DNA from: Actinomycetota bacterium
GTDB taxonomy: Bacteria > Actinomycetota > Actinomycetes > JAKEEW01
NCBI GenBank assembly: GCA_046725875.1
Contig: JBKOZJ010000039.1
Span: 9,314-73,313, forward strand
Length of the DNA: 64,000 bases
Direction: 5' to 3'
The translations under genes and the position numbers were made by a program. Under the pieces are notes generated by a model, which saw only the letters and a list, made by a program, of their open reading frames with translations, did no database searches and was not told where the DNA came from. This document shows, piece after piece, positions 1-13,366 of this stretch (the stretch's first letter is position 1; each line of letters begins with the position of its first letter).

Positions 1-1489
1 CGCGGGCCAAATAGCCGAGCGTGTCGTGCATCCAGCCCATGTTCCACTTGAAGCCGAAGCCGAGCCCGGCCCTACTGGTCGGCTTCGTCACGCCGGGCCA
101 GGCGGTGGACTCTTCGGCGACCGTGACGACGCCGGGCACCCTTCTGTAGACGGTCGCGTTCATTTCCTGCAGGAATCCGACGGCATCGAGGTTCTCCCGG
201 CCACCCTGTGGGTTCGGCACCCATTCGCCGGTCTTGCGGGAGTAGTCGAGGTAAAGCATCGATGCGACCGCGTCCACCCGAAGGCCGTCCAGGTGGAATT
301 CCCGCAGCCAGTAGAGCGCATTAGCGACCAGGAAGTTGCGCACCTCGCGGCGTCCGTAGTCGAACACGAGCGTGCCCCAGTCCGGGTGCTCTCCGCGGCG
401 TGGGTCGGCATGCTCATAAAGCGGCGTGCCGTCGAAACGGGCCAGCGCCCACGTGTCCCGAGGGAAGTGGGCCGGCACCCAGTCCATGATCACACCGATT
501 CCCGCTTGGTGGAAGCGATCGACGAGATAGCGGAAGTCATCAGGCGTGCCGTAGCGGGCGGTCGGTGCGAAGTAGGACGAGACTTGATAGCCCCAGGAGC
601 CGCCGTACGGATGCTCGGCGACCGGCATCAGCTCGACATGGGTGAAACCGAGCTCGGCAACATAGGGCACCAACTCGTCCGCGAGTTGCTGGTAGGAGAG
701 CCCAAGCCGCCAGGAGCCGAGGTGCACCTCGTAGATGGAAAGCGCCCGTTGGTGGGGGTTGCCGCGCGACCGCGCCCCGATCCAGTCGCCGTCCCTCCAC
801 TCGTACGCGGAGTCGAATACGACCGACGCAGTCGCCGGCGGGCGCTCGGCCGCGAACGCGACCGGGTCCGCCTTCTGCCGCCACACACCGTCGCGCCCGA
901 GGATCTCATATTTGTAGCGCGTTCCGGCTCCGATACCCGGCACGAAGAGCTCCCACACGCCGCTCGCGCCCATCGACCGCATGGGGTGCGCCCGGCCCTC
1001 CCAGTAGTTAAAGTCGCCCACCACACGTACGCCTTGAGCGCTCGGCGCCCATACCGCGAAGGATGTGCCAGTGACCACGTCCGTCGGTGTGTCGTACATC
1101 TGGATGTGCGCACCAAGCACCTCCCAGAGCTGCTCATGCCTACCCTCGCCGATCAGGTAGAGGTCGACGTCGCCGAGAGTCGGGAGATACCGGTACGGGT
1201 CGTCGGCGTCGACTATGAACCCGGGATAGGAGACCTGCAGACGATAGTCAGGCACGTTGGCCATGGGCAGAGCCCCGGCGAAGACGCCTTCATACTCGTG
1301 CTCCAGGTCAAAGCGGCGGCCACCGATGACCACCGCGACCCGGTCGGCCCATGGCCGGAGTACCCGCACGGTAACCGTGCCGTCGTAGCGATGCGGACCG
1401 AGCACCCGATGGGGGTCGGCGTGCGTACCCTCGACCAGCGAATGCAGCTCGGCCTGGTCCACCGGCGCGACGGTCGCGGGCTCAGCCAT
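1..1489 (-). CDS. glgB: 1,4-alpha-glucan branching enzyme GlgB (N-terminal ~496 aa; 3' part lies beyond the window edge)
   Basis: Minus-strand translation from the ATG at complement 1489 (GGTGAGG RBS upstream) reads [10 protein letters not shown]... It carries GH13 branching-enzyme motifs: [60 protein letters not shown]. It is absent from the ORF track because it has no stop codon inside the window. The listed + ORF 26..1510 is its antisense shadow. Confidence 0.85.
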   Translation of the reverse strand, partial: MAEPATVAPVDQAELHSLVEGTHADPHRVLGPHRYDGTVTVRVLRPWADRVAVVIGGRRFDLEHEYEGVFAGALPMANVPDYRLQVSYPGFIVDADDPYRYLPTLGDVDLYLIGEGRHEQLWEVLGAHIQMYDTPTDVVTGTSFAVWAPSAQGVRVVGDFNYWEGRAHPMRSMGASGVWELFVPGIGAGTRYKYEILGRDGVWRQKADPVAFAAERPPATASVVFDSAYEWRDGDWIGARSRGNPHQRALSIYEVHLGSWRLGLSYQQLADELVPYVAELGFTHVELMPVAEHPYGGSWGYQVSSYFAPTARYGTPDDFRYLVDRFHQAGIGVIMDWVPAHFPRDTWALARFDGTPLYEHADPRRGEHPDWGTLVFDYGRREVRNFLVANALYWLREFHLDGLRVDAVASMLYLDYSRKTGEWVPNPQGGRENLDAVGFLQEMNATVYRRVPGVVTVAEESTAWPGVTKPTSRAGLGFGFKWNMGWMHDTLGYLAR

Positions 1490-1537
1490 CCTCACCAGCC
1501 TGCCACGTAGCCGACCGTCCGAAAACGCCGGTCGGCG

Positions 1538-2907
1538 TCAGTCGGTCCTGGAGAGTCGGCGCGCGCTGGCGAGCGGGATCGGAAGCCAGGACGGGCGGTT
1601 CCGTGCCTCGTACATAACCTCGTACACGATCTTGTCGATTTCGTACGCCCGCAGCAGCACCTCCTCGTCGCGCGGGTCGGCGCCCATCGTGTCCGCATAG
1701 CCGCCGCAGAACGCGTCCCGGTTCCGGGTGGCCCACTCGTCGGCGCGGTACTCCAGCTGCGGCGAGATCGATAGGTCGGAGTCGACGAGCATGTGCCGAG
1801 CGGCGTAGTCGAACGAGCGCAACATGCCCGCGACGTCCTTCAACCGCGAGTCTGGCTGGCGGCGCTCGGCGAGCGGACGGGCCGGCTCGCCCTCGAAGTC
1901 GATCAAGAACCAGCCGAGCTCGGTCCGCAGCGCTTGGCCGAGGTGCAGGTCGCCGTGTATGCGCTGGAGCGGGATCGGGCCGGCGCCTGGCGGGCGGCGG
2001 GCGAGGCCTTCGAAGGCCTCTCCCAGGAAGCGTTCATAGGGTGCGAGGGCCGGAACCGACTCAACGGCCGCGGCCAGCCGGGCCTGCATTGCCGCGGCCA
2101 GCCCGCCAACCGCCGCCGGGTCGAGCGAGCCGGTGGGCAATGCGGCCGCGAGGTCAATGTGGACTTCGGCCGTCGCCTGGCCAAGCCGGTAGGCCTCGCC
2201 GGCGAAGTCACCGCCGACCTCGTCGGCGTGCAGGTCGGCCTCGGCATAGAGGTCGCGCACGCTAGTCTTTGCCAGCTCCCAGCCGTCGACGGCGGTCCGG
2301 AGATACTCGGTCAGGATCGCGCCGGTCGTGGGCTCACCGTCGAACAGTGTCTCGAAGTGCGCGAGGGGGCGGGGGATGCGCTTGCAGCCACGCTGTGCGA
2401 GCGCGGCAGTCACCTCGAAGTCGGGGTTGATACCGGGGGAGAGGCGGCGGAACACCTTCAGGATGAGCTCGTCGCCGAAGACCACGGAGGTGTTGCTCTG
2501 CTCGGCGCCGATCACGAGCGACGGCAGGTTGGTGGGCACCACTGCACCCGGCAGCAGGATCAAGTTGTCAATGAGCACCGCGGTGAGCTCGGTGTCGTGC
2601 AGTGCGTCATAGACCACGGGCACACGCGCATGCTCGTCGTCCGGTCCCATGACCGGCGCCCACCCGATCACCGCGTGCTCGATCCGGTGTGGCACCTCCT
2701 CCTGCTGTATCCCCAGGAAGAGCTGGTACGGGTCGCCGTCGACGCGGACGATCGCCTGGTGCAGGGCCGGCGGGCCGGGGGCCAGGATCGTGTACGAGCT
2801 CACCGCCAGGCTCTGCACCTCGCGGCCCTTGGCGGCATACCACCGCTGTCGCGGCACCCACTCCCGCAGGATCTCGGCGAGCGCGGCGGGCTCGATTGAT
2901 CCATCGG

Positions 2908-2911
<4 letters not shown>
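1538..2911 (-). CDS. pep2: maltokinase (maltose 1-kinase)
   Basis: 457 aa. The N-terminus [30 protein letters not shown] is typical of actinobacterial Pep2/Mak. The start ATG overlaps the treS stop as ATGA. The gene sits between treS and glgB as in GlgE-pathway operons. Confidence 0.8.
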
Positions 2912-4739
<1,828 letters not shown>

Positions 4740-4743
<4 letters not shown>

Positions 4744-6791
4744 GCTCCGTTCCTGCTAACGGTGAAGATGTGCGTGGGCTCGACGAAGGGGTCCAGCCGG
4801 ACGTAGTTGTGCTGCCGCCACCAGTAGATCGCGCCAGTCAGCTCGTCCCGGACCGCGAACGAGTCGGACCAGTCCATACCGAGCTCAGGCATGTCCAGTG
4901 TGACGGTGGCCTCGCGGGTGCCGTGCGGGTCGAGATTGACCACGACGAGAACGAGGTCCTCCGGTCCATGAGCTCCGCCGCCTGCGGATCGGCCCGACCG
5001 TTTGGAGAAGATGATCACTGCGTCGTTGTTTGCCTCGTGAAAGCGCAGGTTACGCAGCTCGTGCAGGGCAGGGTGGGCACGACGGATCTCGTTGAGCCGA
5101 CCGATGTACGGCGCGAGGGAGTCGGGCTGATCCCAGTTACGCGGTTTGTATTGGTACTTCTCTGAGTCGAGGTACTCCTCGCTACCCGGCCGTACCGCTA
5201 CATGCTCGTACAGCTCGTAACCCGAATACATCCCCCACGCCGGCGCGGCCATCGCCGCGAGTACCGCGCGGATCTTGAACGCCGGCCAGCCGCCGTACTG
5301 CAGGTATGCATGGAGGATGTCCGGCGTGTTCACGAACAGGTTCGGGCGGAGGAAGTGCGACGTCTCGCCGGCAAGCTCCCGCAGGTAGGACTGCAGGTCT
5401 TCCTTGCTGTTCCGCCAGGTGAAATACGTGTACGACTGGTGAAATCCGACCTTCGCCAGCGCCTGCAGCATGGCCGGTCTGGTGAACGCCTCAGAGAGGA
5501 AGATCACGTCAGGGTCCGTCCTTCGCACGTCCGCGAGCACGTACTCCCAGAAGTCCACCGGCTTGGTGTGGGGGTTGTCGACCCGGAATGCCCGCACCCC
5601 GTGCGATACCCACAGGCGGATCACCCGCAGGACCTCGGCGTAGATCCCCATCGGATCCTTGTTGAAATTGATCGGGTAGATGTCCTGGTACTTCTTCGGC
5701 GGGTTCTCCGCGTATGCGATGGTCCCGTCCGGGCGGATCGTGAACCACTCCGGGTGCTCCTTCACCCAGGGATGGTCCGGCGAGCATTGCAGCGCCAGGT
5801 CGAGCGCGATCTCCAAGCCGTGCCGGCGCGCTTCGGCGACGAAGGCGTCGAAGTCGTCGAAACTGCCGAGGTCCGGATGGATCGCGTCGTGTCCGCCCTC
5901 CGGTGCGCCGATCGCCCATGGCGATCCGGGATCGCCGGGCTGCGCGACCAGCGTGTTGTTCTTGCCCTTGCGGTGGGTCGTGCCGATCGGGTGGATCGGC
6001 GGAAGGTAGACGACATCGAACCCCATCGCGGCGATCGCCGCGAGCCGCTTGGCCGCCGTAGCGAATGTTCCGGGCCGCCAGGTCTGGGTCTCCTCGTCGA
6101 ACCGGGCGCCTTCCGACCGTGGGAAGAACTCATACCAGCTGCCGAATAGCGCGCGCTCGCGGTCGACCTGAAGCGCAAAGCGTGGCGACGCGGTGACCCG
6201 GTCGCGCAACGGGCGCCCGCGCAGGACCTCGCTAACCTCGGGCGCGGTGGCGGCCGCGAGCCGCGCCGGCGCCGGCCGGGACGCGTCCCGCAGCGCGCGG
6301 ACTACGTCGGCAAATAGGCCCCGGTACCTCACAGGGATGTCACGGCTCGCGCGTTCGAAGAGCTGGGCGCCCTCCTCGAGCACCAGTTCGAGATCCTGCT
6401 CGGTGATTTGCGGCGGGGCCGCGGGAGGCGGGCCGATGCCAAGCGGGTCACCCCCGCGGCCCGCAGTGGCCGCCTCGACCTTGACGCTCGCGTTGTGCCG
6501 CCACGTCCCGACTGGATCAGACCAGGCTTCGATCGTGTACGACCAGAGGCCGGGCCGGTCCGCTGCAACGTCCGCGTACCACCGGTCGGTCCCCGGCGGT
6601 CCCGGCCGCATCGGTGTGTACGCGCCGCGCTGGCCTTCCGGGTCGCGAAGGACGATGTTGCAGTTGACCGCGTCATGGCCCTCACGGAACACGGTGGCCG
6701 CGACCCGGAAGGTCTCACCGGGCACCGTCTTCACCGGGCGCCTGCCGCAGTCCACCACCGGGCTGACGTCGGTGATCGGGATGCGCCCCAT
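4740..6791 (-). CDS. glgE: alpha-1,4-glucan:maltose-1-phosphate maltosyltransferase GlgE
   Basis: The ORF-track entry 4740..7178 is trimmed to the internal start [13 protein letters not shown], the canonical GlgE N-terminus, giving 683 aa. GH13_3 motifs are present: [38 protein letters not shown]. Confidence 0.9.
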
Positions 6792-6915
6792 TTTCACCTG
6801 TCCGAACCTACCCAGCGCCCCCGTCCGAACATCAACCCGCTCCGCTAAGAAATCTCGTCCCTGCGACCGCGGCCTCAACCGGACAAATAGCCGGCTGCTT
6901 GTAGGGTGCCTCAAC

Positions 6916-9585
6916 GTGAGAGCACTACGGCGATTCACCGTGCAGGCCGTCCTTCCGGAGCCGCTCACCGCGCTCAGCGAGCTCGCGATGAACCTGCGCT
7001 GGTCGTGGCACGAGCCGACGCGTGAGGTCATCGCGGCGGCCGACCCGGAGGTGTGGGAGCAGGTCCGGCACGATCCGATCCGGCTCCTTGGCGAGATATC
7101 CAGCGAGCGGCTCGACCAGCTCGGCACTGACCCGGAGTTCCTCGCCCGGCTGGACCACGCCGCCGCCGATCTCTCCATCTACATCACCGAGCCGCGCTGG
7201 TATCAGATCCTCGCCGCCACCACGGCCGAGAGCGGTCCCGATCCCGCCGGGGCGTCGGCGGAGGCGGCGGCGGGCTTCGACCACGGTGACGGCCTGCCGA
7301 AGTCGATCGCTTACTTCTCGCCGGAGTTCGGCATCACCGCGGCGATGCCCCAGTACTCGGGCGGCCTCGGCGTCCTCGCTGGTGATCATCTCAAGGCGGC
7401 CAGTGATCTTGGCGTACCGATCATCGGAATCGGCCTGCTCTACCGGCGCGGCTACTTCCGGCAGACCCTGTCGGCGGATGGCTGGCAGATCGAGGACTAC
7501 CCGCTGATCGACCCTTACGCGCTGCCGCTGTCGCTGCTGCGGGACGAGAACGGGGCGCCGGTCCGGGTCCGCGTTGGTCTGCCAGGTGGCCGGGTTCTGG
7601 CTGCCCAGGTCTGGCGGGCCCAGGTCGGCCGGGTGCCACTGCTGCTGCTCGACTCGGACATCGAGGACAACGGCCCCGGCGAGCGCGAGGTGACCGACAA
7701 GCTGTACGGCGGCGGGACTGAACACCGGCTGCTGCAGGAGATGCTGCTCGGTATCGGCGGGGTGCGCGCCATTCGGGCGTACTCAAAGATCACGGGAACG
7801 CCGGATCCGGCGATCTTCCACACCAACGAGGGGCACGCGGGGTTCCTCGGCCTGGAGCGGATCAGAGAGCTGACCGAGGAGCGCGGGCTCTCCTTCGACA
7901 CCGCGCTCGAAGCGGTGCGAAGCGGCACGATCTTCACCACACACACTCCCGTGCCGGCGGGCATCGATCGCTTCCCGCGCGAGCTGATCATGCAGTACCT
8001 CGGCGGCGACAACGCATCGCCGGGCACCCCGATCGAGCGAATCCTCGAGCTTGGTGCAGAGACCTACGAGGGCGGCAGTCCGGATCTGTTCAACATGGCC
8101 GTCATGGGCCTCCGGCTGGCGCAGCGCGCGAACGGGGTGAGCAAGCTGCACGGCCGGGTCAGCCGCGAAATGTTCGCGGGGCTGTGGCCGGGCTTCGACC
8201 CGGACGAGGTTCCGATCGGCTGGATCACGAACGGCGTCCATGCCCCGACCTGGCTGCGGCCCGTGGTCGCGGGCGTGCTCGCCGCACACACCCAGTTGAC
8301 CGGCGAGCCGGGCGGCGCGGAGGCCGAGGGTGGGCGCACCGGGACACCCGTCGGCGTTGGTTGGGAGCAGGTCGGCGACGGGTCCCTATGGGATCTGCGC
8401 TGCGGGTTGCGCGCCGCCCTCGTCGGCGACGTACGCCGGCGGCTGCGGCAGTCGTGGCGGCAGCGCGGCGCGAGCGACGCGGAGCTCGGCTGGGCATCAT
8501 CGGTACTGGATCCCAACGTCCTCACGGTGGGCTTCGCGCGCCGCGTCCCCTCGTACAAGCGCCTGACCCTAATGCTGCGCGATCCTGACCGGCTCAAGCA
8601 GCTGCTCCTCCATCCGACCCGGCCGATCCAGATCGTCGTTGCGGGCAAGTCGCACCCCGCCGATGACAGTGGGAAGGCGCTCGTCCGGGACCTGGTCAGG
8701 TTCGCCGATGATCCCGAGGTCCGGCACCGCATTGTGTTCCTGCCCAACTACGACATGGGTATGGCGCAGACCCTCTATCCGGGTTGCGACGTGTGGCTGA
8801 ACAACCCCATCCGTCTGCTCGAGGCGTCTGGCACGTCGGGCATGAAGGCCGCCCTGAACGGATGCCTCAATCTGTCGATCCTCGACGGCTGGTGGGACGA
8901 GCTCTACGACGGCCAGAACGGCTGGGCGATCCCAAGCGCGAGCGGCGTCGACGACGCAGAACGCCGCGACGATCTGGAGGCGGCCGCGCTCTACGATCTG
9001 CTCGAGCACAGCATCGCGCCGCAGTTTTACAACCGCGACGCGTCGGGCCTGCCCGTGCACTGGCTGGCGATGGTACGGCACACCCTGCGCACCCTCGGGC
9101 CGCGCGTGGGCGCCGACCGGATGGTACGCGATTACGTCCACGAGCTGTACGCGCCGGCCGCCCGGTCGGTTGCGGCAGTCGTCGGCGACGATTACTCCGG
9201 CGCGAAAGCGCTGGCCGAGTGGAAGGGCCGGGTCCGGCACTCGTGGCCCAGAGTCCGGGTCGATCACGTTGAGTCGGACGGCGTCGCGGACGCGACGTCG
9301 GTGGGTGCGACGCTCGTCGTGCGGGCGTTCGTGTCCCTCGGGGATCTCACCCCCGACGACGTGGCGGTCCAGGTGGCGTACGGCCGGGTGGACGACAGCG
9401 ACCGGATCACCGAGCCGATGTTCGAGACGCTGGCGCCGGTCGAGCAGTCCGAAGGCGGCCGGTGGCGTTATCAGGGCAGTGTCGCGCTGGCCAGGCCCGG
9501 TCAGGTCGGCTTCACGGTGCGCGTGCTGCCGCGGCACAGCCTGCTCGCCGACACCGCCGAGGTCGGCCTAATCACCCTCCCCTAG
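6916..9585 (+). CDS. glgP: alpha-glucan (glycogen) phosphorylase, actinobacterial GlgP type
   Basis: The track ORF 6193..9585 is trimmed to the GTG at 6916, giving the typical GlgP N-terminus VRALRRFTVQAVLPEPLTALSELAMNLRWSWH (890 aa). The gene is divergent from glgE. Confidence 0.85.
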   Translation: MRALRRFTVQAVLPEPLTALSELAMNLRWSWHEPTREVIAAADPEVWEQVRHDPIRLLGEISSERLDQLGTDPEFLARLDHAAADLSIYITEPRWYQILAATTAESGPDPAGASAEAAAGFDHGDGLPKSIAYFSPEFGITAAMPQYSGGLGVLAGDHLKAASDLGVPIIGIGLLYRRGYFRQTLSADGWQIEDYPLIDPYALPLSLLRDENGAPVRVRVGLPGGRVLAAQVWRAQVGRVPLLLLDSDIEDNGPGEREVTDKLYGGGTEHRLLQEMLLGIGGVRAIRAYSKITGTPDPAIFHTNEGHAGFLGLERIRELTEERGLSFDTALEAVRSGTIFTTHTPVPAGIDRFPRELIMQYLGGDNASPGTPIERILELGAETYEGGSPDLFNMAVMGLRLAQRANGVSKLHGRVSREMFAGLWPGFDPDEVPIGWITNGVHAPTWLRPVVAGVLAAHTQLTGEPGGAEAEGGRTGTPVGVGWEQVGDGSLWDLRCGLRAALVGDVRRRLRQSWRQRGASDAELGWASSVLDPNVLTVGFARRVPSYKRLTLMLRDPDRLKQLLLHPTRPIQIVVAGKSHPADDSGKALVRDLVRFADDPEVRHRIVFLPNYDMGMAQTLYPGCDVWLNNPIRLLEASGTSGMKAALNGCLNLSILDGWWDELYDGQNGWAIPSASGVDDAERRDDLEAAALYDLLEHSIAPQFYNRDASGLPVHWLAMVRHTLRTLGPRVGADRMVRDYVHELYAPAARSVAAVVGDDYSGAKALAEWKGRVRHSWPRVRVDHVESDGVADATSVGATLVVRAFVSLGDLTPDDVAVQVAYGRVDDSDRITEPMFETLAPVEQSEGGRWRYQGSVALARPGQVGFTVRVLPRHSLLADTAEVGLITLP

Positions 9586-9997
9586 CCATCCCGGCGCTGC
9601 TGCAGCAGGGCCGTACGCCAGAGGACATTGCCCTACTGCCGCTAAACAGGATGCGCTGACCGATTTGTCCGCTTCCGCGCGTCACGTCGGGCGTAACGGC
9701 CTGCCACTGGGCGTAGGAGCATGTGAGCGGGCGTGTAGAACACCACGGTCGGCGCTGCGGACACCCAAGGGCCAAGGGCGCGAACCCCGGTGTCATCCCG
9801 TGCCAGCCGTCGCGCTGTTCCTACCGGTGGCCCGATCGCCATATGCCTGGGAGATCATGGAACGGCCGTGCCTATCTTGCTCGTCAGGTCGTTGCAGTAA
9901 GGGCGAGCTTTCCACAGGCCCGAAATTCTGGGGGCTGCCATTCACAAGCCGCTCCCAACGAGGGTCAGGCTGGGCAGATTTCTCAGAGCCTTTCGTT

Positions 9998-10963
9998 GTG
10001 GATTCTCGTCTACCCCTTGTATTCAGCGCGGAGTTCGCCCGCATCCTTGGCTACACGCGCGGCCAGATAGGACACCGCCTCACCAGCGGTCGATGGGTCC
10101 GGGTGAGACGCGGACTCTACAGCGAGCGCGAGCAGGCGGCCCGGTTCGGGCGATCGGCCGGGGCGAGGCACGTGCTTGACATCGATGCAGCGCTTCAGGT
10201 ATTCCCAGCTGCGGTAGCTGGGCTGTGGTCGGCCGGATTGGTGCACGCGTTGCCGGGAAGGCCTACGCCGCTGACCGCAGTCCAGCTCGTTGCGCCATCC
10301 GGCTCGCCGCGACGCCGTGGCGGCGTCGCCCTTGATGTGGCACCGCTACCTCCGGAACACGTCGCGGCCGATCCTGCGGTCCGCGCGACCACCGTCGCGC
10401 GGACAATCGCCGACATTGGGCGGCGAAGCGACTTTGTAGATGCGGTCCCAGCAGCTGATTCGGTGCTTGCGCGTGCTCTCGCGACCAAGGACGAGCTACA
10501 GGCGGTCGTGTCGTGGGAGGCGGGCTGGCCGGGCAGCACGCGGGCGGCCGACGTGGTCGAGTTTGCCGACCCGCGCGCCGAATCGCCGCTCGAGTCCCGC
10601 TCCCGCGCGCGGCTCCACAAGTTGGGTCTGCCACCGCCCGAGCTCCAGGCGGAGATTTGCGACGAGGCCGGCGTGTTTGTCGCACGCGTCGATTTCCTCT
10701 GGGCGGAGCTCGGCGTCGTCGGTGAGGCGGATGGCAGGGCCAAGTATGCGAAGGGTGCGGCCGATGTGCTGTGGCAGGAGAAGCAGCGGGAAGATGCGAT
10801 TCGCCGCCTCGGTTGGGAGGTCGTCCGTTGGACCTTTTGGGAAGTCGAGAACGATATAACGGCCGTTGTGGAGCGCTTCTGGCGAGCAGCCGATCTCGCA
10901 TCGAAGTGGCGCCGTTATGGGCTCGTACGCCCTTTAACACGCCCGTACGCCTCTAGAGCATGA
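9998..10963 (+). CDS. AbiEi_4-like N-terminal domain fused to a DUF559 (Vsr/endonuclease-like) domain protein
   Basis: The N-terminal region (DSRLPLVFSAEFARILGYTRGQIGHRLTSGRWVRVRRGLY) looks like an AbiEi antitoxin N-domain. The C-terminal region (SRSRARLHKLGLPPPELQAEICDEAGVFVARVDFLWAELGVVGEADGRAKY...RLGWEVVRWTFWEV) looks like DUF559. The start is uncertain: GTG at 9998 is chosen because the upstream stretch 9840-9990 is low-GC and non-coding-like. Confidence 0.55.
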   Translation: MDSRLPLVFSAEFARILGYTRGQIGHRLTSGRWVRVRRGLYSEREQAARFGRSAGARHVLDIDAALQVFPAAVAGLWSAGLVHALPGRPTPLTAVQLVAPSGSPRRRGGVALDVAPLPPEHVAADPAVRATTVARTIADIGRRSDFVDAVPAADSVLARALATKDELQAVVSWEAGWPGSTRAADVVEFADPRAESPLESRSRARLHKLGLPPPELQAEICDEAGVFVARVDFLWAELGVVGEADGRAKYAKGAADVLWQEKQREDAIRRLGWEVVRWTFWEVENDITAVVERFWRAADLASKWRRYGLVRPLTRPYASRA

Positions 10964-11024
10964 TCCTCCGTCGGATTTGTCCTTTCTCCATCGCTATAAC
11001 GGGCGTAGCGCCATGTCCAGTGGC

Positions 11025-13277
11025 TTAGCTAAGGGGGGCGGCAGGGGTGCCGTGCGCTTGGAGGACGGCGGATGAGTGGGATGGGAGGGTGAGCGACGAG
11101 CCGGCGGAGTATCTCGAGCCAGGATCGCCGGCCGTGCCGATCACCGTCTCGTACGAGGACGCAAGCGGCGGCCCGGGCAGCCGGAACTCGGTCGGCGCGT
11201 CGCCGGCATGCAGCAGCACCAGGAAGCTGTCGCCAATGATCCGCTCACCCCGCTGAGTGCGGGCGCGGAGCGCATCACCAGCGAGGAACATGCCGAGCGT
11301 TCGCCTGGATGTGTCGCCCCAGGAGGCGTCCACCAGCTCGACGCCGTCGGCACCAAACCAAGTCAGATCCTTCGGCCCGCCTTCGACCAGCGGCCGCCCT
11401 TCGAAGAAGCGGCGCTGCCGGAAGACCGGCTGGGTTCGCCGAAGCTCGATCAGTTCCCGGACAAAGTCAACAAGTTCCGCCCACAAGGATTCGACGACGG
11501 AGGCTGGGTCGCCACCTGGCAGGGTTCCGACGGCGCCCCCCATGCGCCGGCCGTCTACCTCGTTTAGGCGCCGGTCGCCAACGTTCCAGCCCGGATCCCC
11601 GACAGCGGTTTCGACGCGCCCAATCGCACTCCAATCGAGCCAGGAAGTCTCATTGTCCTGGCAATACGCGTTGTTGTTCCCGCGTTGCGTGCGGCCCATC
11701 TCATCCCCCGCCACCAGCATGGGTACGCCGGTCGAGGTCAAGAGGGTGAGCAGCATGTTCTTCGCCTGGCGCAGCCGCAGTGACACGACCGCCGGGTCGG
11801 ACGTCTCTCCTTCGACGCCACAGTTCCAGGACCGGTTGTCGTTGTTCCCGTCCCGGTTCGCCTCGCCGTTGGCCTCGTTGTGCTTGTGTTCGTACGAAAC
11901 AAGGTCGCGCAGGGTGAAGCCGTCGTGAGCGGTGACGAAGTTGATGGATGCGAACGGCCGCCGCCCGTCGGCCTCGTACAAGTCACTTGATCCCGCGAGC
12001 CGAGACGCGAGCTCGCGCACGCCGGGCGCTCGCATCCGCCAGAAGTCGCGTACGGCGTCCCGGTAACGATCGTTCCACTCCGTCCATAGGGGCGGGAACT
12101 CCCCGACCTGATAGCCGCCCTCGCCGACATCCCACGGCTCGGCGATCAGCTTGACCCGAGAGAGCACCGGATCCTGCTGGATTACGGTCAGGAAGGCGGA
12201 GAGCTTGTCGACGTCGTGCATCGACCGGGCAAGCGCGGCGGCGAGGTCGAAGCGAAACCCGTCGACCTGCATCTCGGTGACCCAGTAGCGCAGTGACTCG
12301 GTGATGAGCTGCAGCACGTGCGGCTCGACCACGTTGAGCGTGTTCCCGGTGCCGGTGTAATCGGCGTAGAACCGTCCGCCGTCCCGCAACCGGTAGTAGG
12401 CCACGTTGTCAGTGCCGCGGAAGCAAAACGTCGGCCCGAGTTGGTCGCCCTCGGCGGTGTGGTTATAGACGACGTCGAGGATCACCTCGATTCCCGCCGC
12501 GTGCAGCGCCCGCACCATCTCCTTGAACTCGGTGACCTGCTGCCCACGAGAGCCGGCCGAGCAGTAGGCCGAATGCGGTGCGAAATATCCGATCGAGTTG
12601 TAGCCCCAGTAGTTGCGCATCGCCCGCCCGACCAGATGCGGCTCATCTAAGAAGTGATGCGTGGGCATTAACTCGACCGCCGTGACACCGAGCCTGGTCA
12701 GGTGCTCGATCGCGACCGGATGGGCGAGGCCGGCGTAGGTGCCGCGCAGCTCCTCAGGCACCCGAGGATCGCGCATCGTGAACCCTCGCACATGCATCTC
12801 GTAGATGATGGTGTTCCCCCACGACACGCGCGGCCGCTCCACGCCGGTCCAGTCGAACTCGTCGTGCACGACGACCGACTTCGGCATGTAGGGCGCGGAG
12901 TCGCGTTCGTCCCGGCGCAGGTCGTCACCGTCGAAGTGGCCAAAGACGGCCGCATCGAGGGCGTAGCCGCCATCGATCGCGCGGGCGTAGGGGTCGACGA
13001 GGAGTTTGTACGGATTCCACCGAGCGCCGCGTGCCGGGTCCCACGGTCCGTGCACCCGAAAGCCGTAGCGCTGTCCGGGTCCGACACCGGGCAGGTAGCC
13101 GTGCCAGACATGGAAGGTCATGTCCTCGAGGCCGACGCGCTCCTCGGTCCCGTCGTCGTCGAACAGGCACAGCTCGACGCCTTCGGCGCCGGATGACCAC
13201 AGCGCGAAGTTCGTTCCCTCACCGTCGAAGGTGGCGCCGAGCGGCTGCCACCGACCGGGCCACGGCCGTCTGCCCAT
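11025..13277 (-). CDS. glgX: glycogen debranching enzyme GlgX
   Basis: The track ORF is trimmed to MGRRPWPGRWQPLGATFDGEGTNFALWS, the typical GlgX start, with an AAGGA RBS. GH13 motifs are present: VILDVVYNHTAEG, GFRFDLAAAL, LIAEPWDVGEGGYQVG. Confidence 0.9.
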   Translation of the reverse strand: MGRRPWPGRWQPLGATFDGEGTNFALWSSGAEGVELCLFDDDGTEERVGLEDMTFHVWHGYLPGVGPGQRYGFRVHGPWDPARGARWNPYKLLVDPYARAIDGGYALDAAVFGHFDGDDLRRDERDSAPYMPKSVVVHDEFDWTGVERPRVSWGNTIIYEMHVRGFTMRDPRVPEELRGTYAGLAHPVAIEHLTRLGVTAVELMPTHHFLDEPHLVGRAMRNYWGYNSIGYFAPHSAYCSAGSRGQQVTEFKEMVRALHAAGIEVILDVVYNHTAEGDQLGPTFCFRGTDNVAYYRLRDGGRFYADYTGTGNTLNVVEPHVLQLITESLRYWVTEMQVDGFRFDLAAALARSMHDVDKLSAFLTVIQQDPVLSRVKLIAEPWDVGEGGYQVGEFPPLWTEWNDRYRDAVRDFWRMRAPGVRELASRLAGSSDLYEADGRRPFASINFVTAHDGFTLRDLVSYEHKHNEANGEANRDGNNDNRSWNCGVEGETSDPAVVSLRLRQAKNMLLTLLTSTGVPMLVAGDEMGRTQRGNNNAYCQDNETSWLDWSAIGRVETAVGDPGWNVGDRRLNEVDGRRMGGAVGTLPGGDPASVVESLWAELVDFVRELIELRRTQPVFRQRRFFEGRPLVEGGPKDLTWFGADGVELVDASWGDTSRRTLGMFLAGDALRARTQRGERIIGDSFLVLLHAGDAPTEFRLPGPPLASSYETVIGTAGDPGSRYSAGSSLTLPSHSSAVLQAHGTPAAPLS

Positions 13278-13366
13278 GGGCCCATCCTTCCTGATCAAGA
13301 TATGGGCGGGGCGGTAGGCTCCGCCCGACGTACCTATCACGCGGTGGCCCGGCGTCAGGAGGAGCG

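Noticed and set aside
26-1510. 494-aa + strand ORF, the longest in the first 1.5 kb
   Set aside because: It is the antisense shadow of glgB. The minus strand in the same region gives a continuous, motif-rich GH13 branching-enzyme translation, missing from the track only because its stop lies outside the window. The + product has no recognisable motifs.
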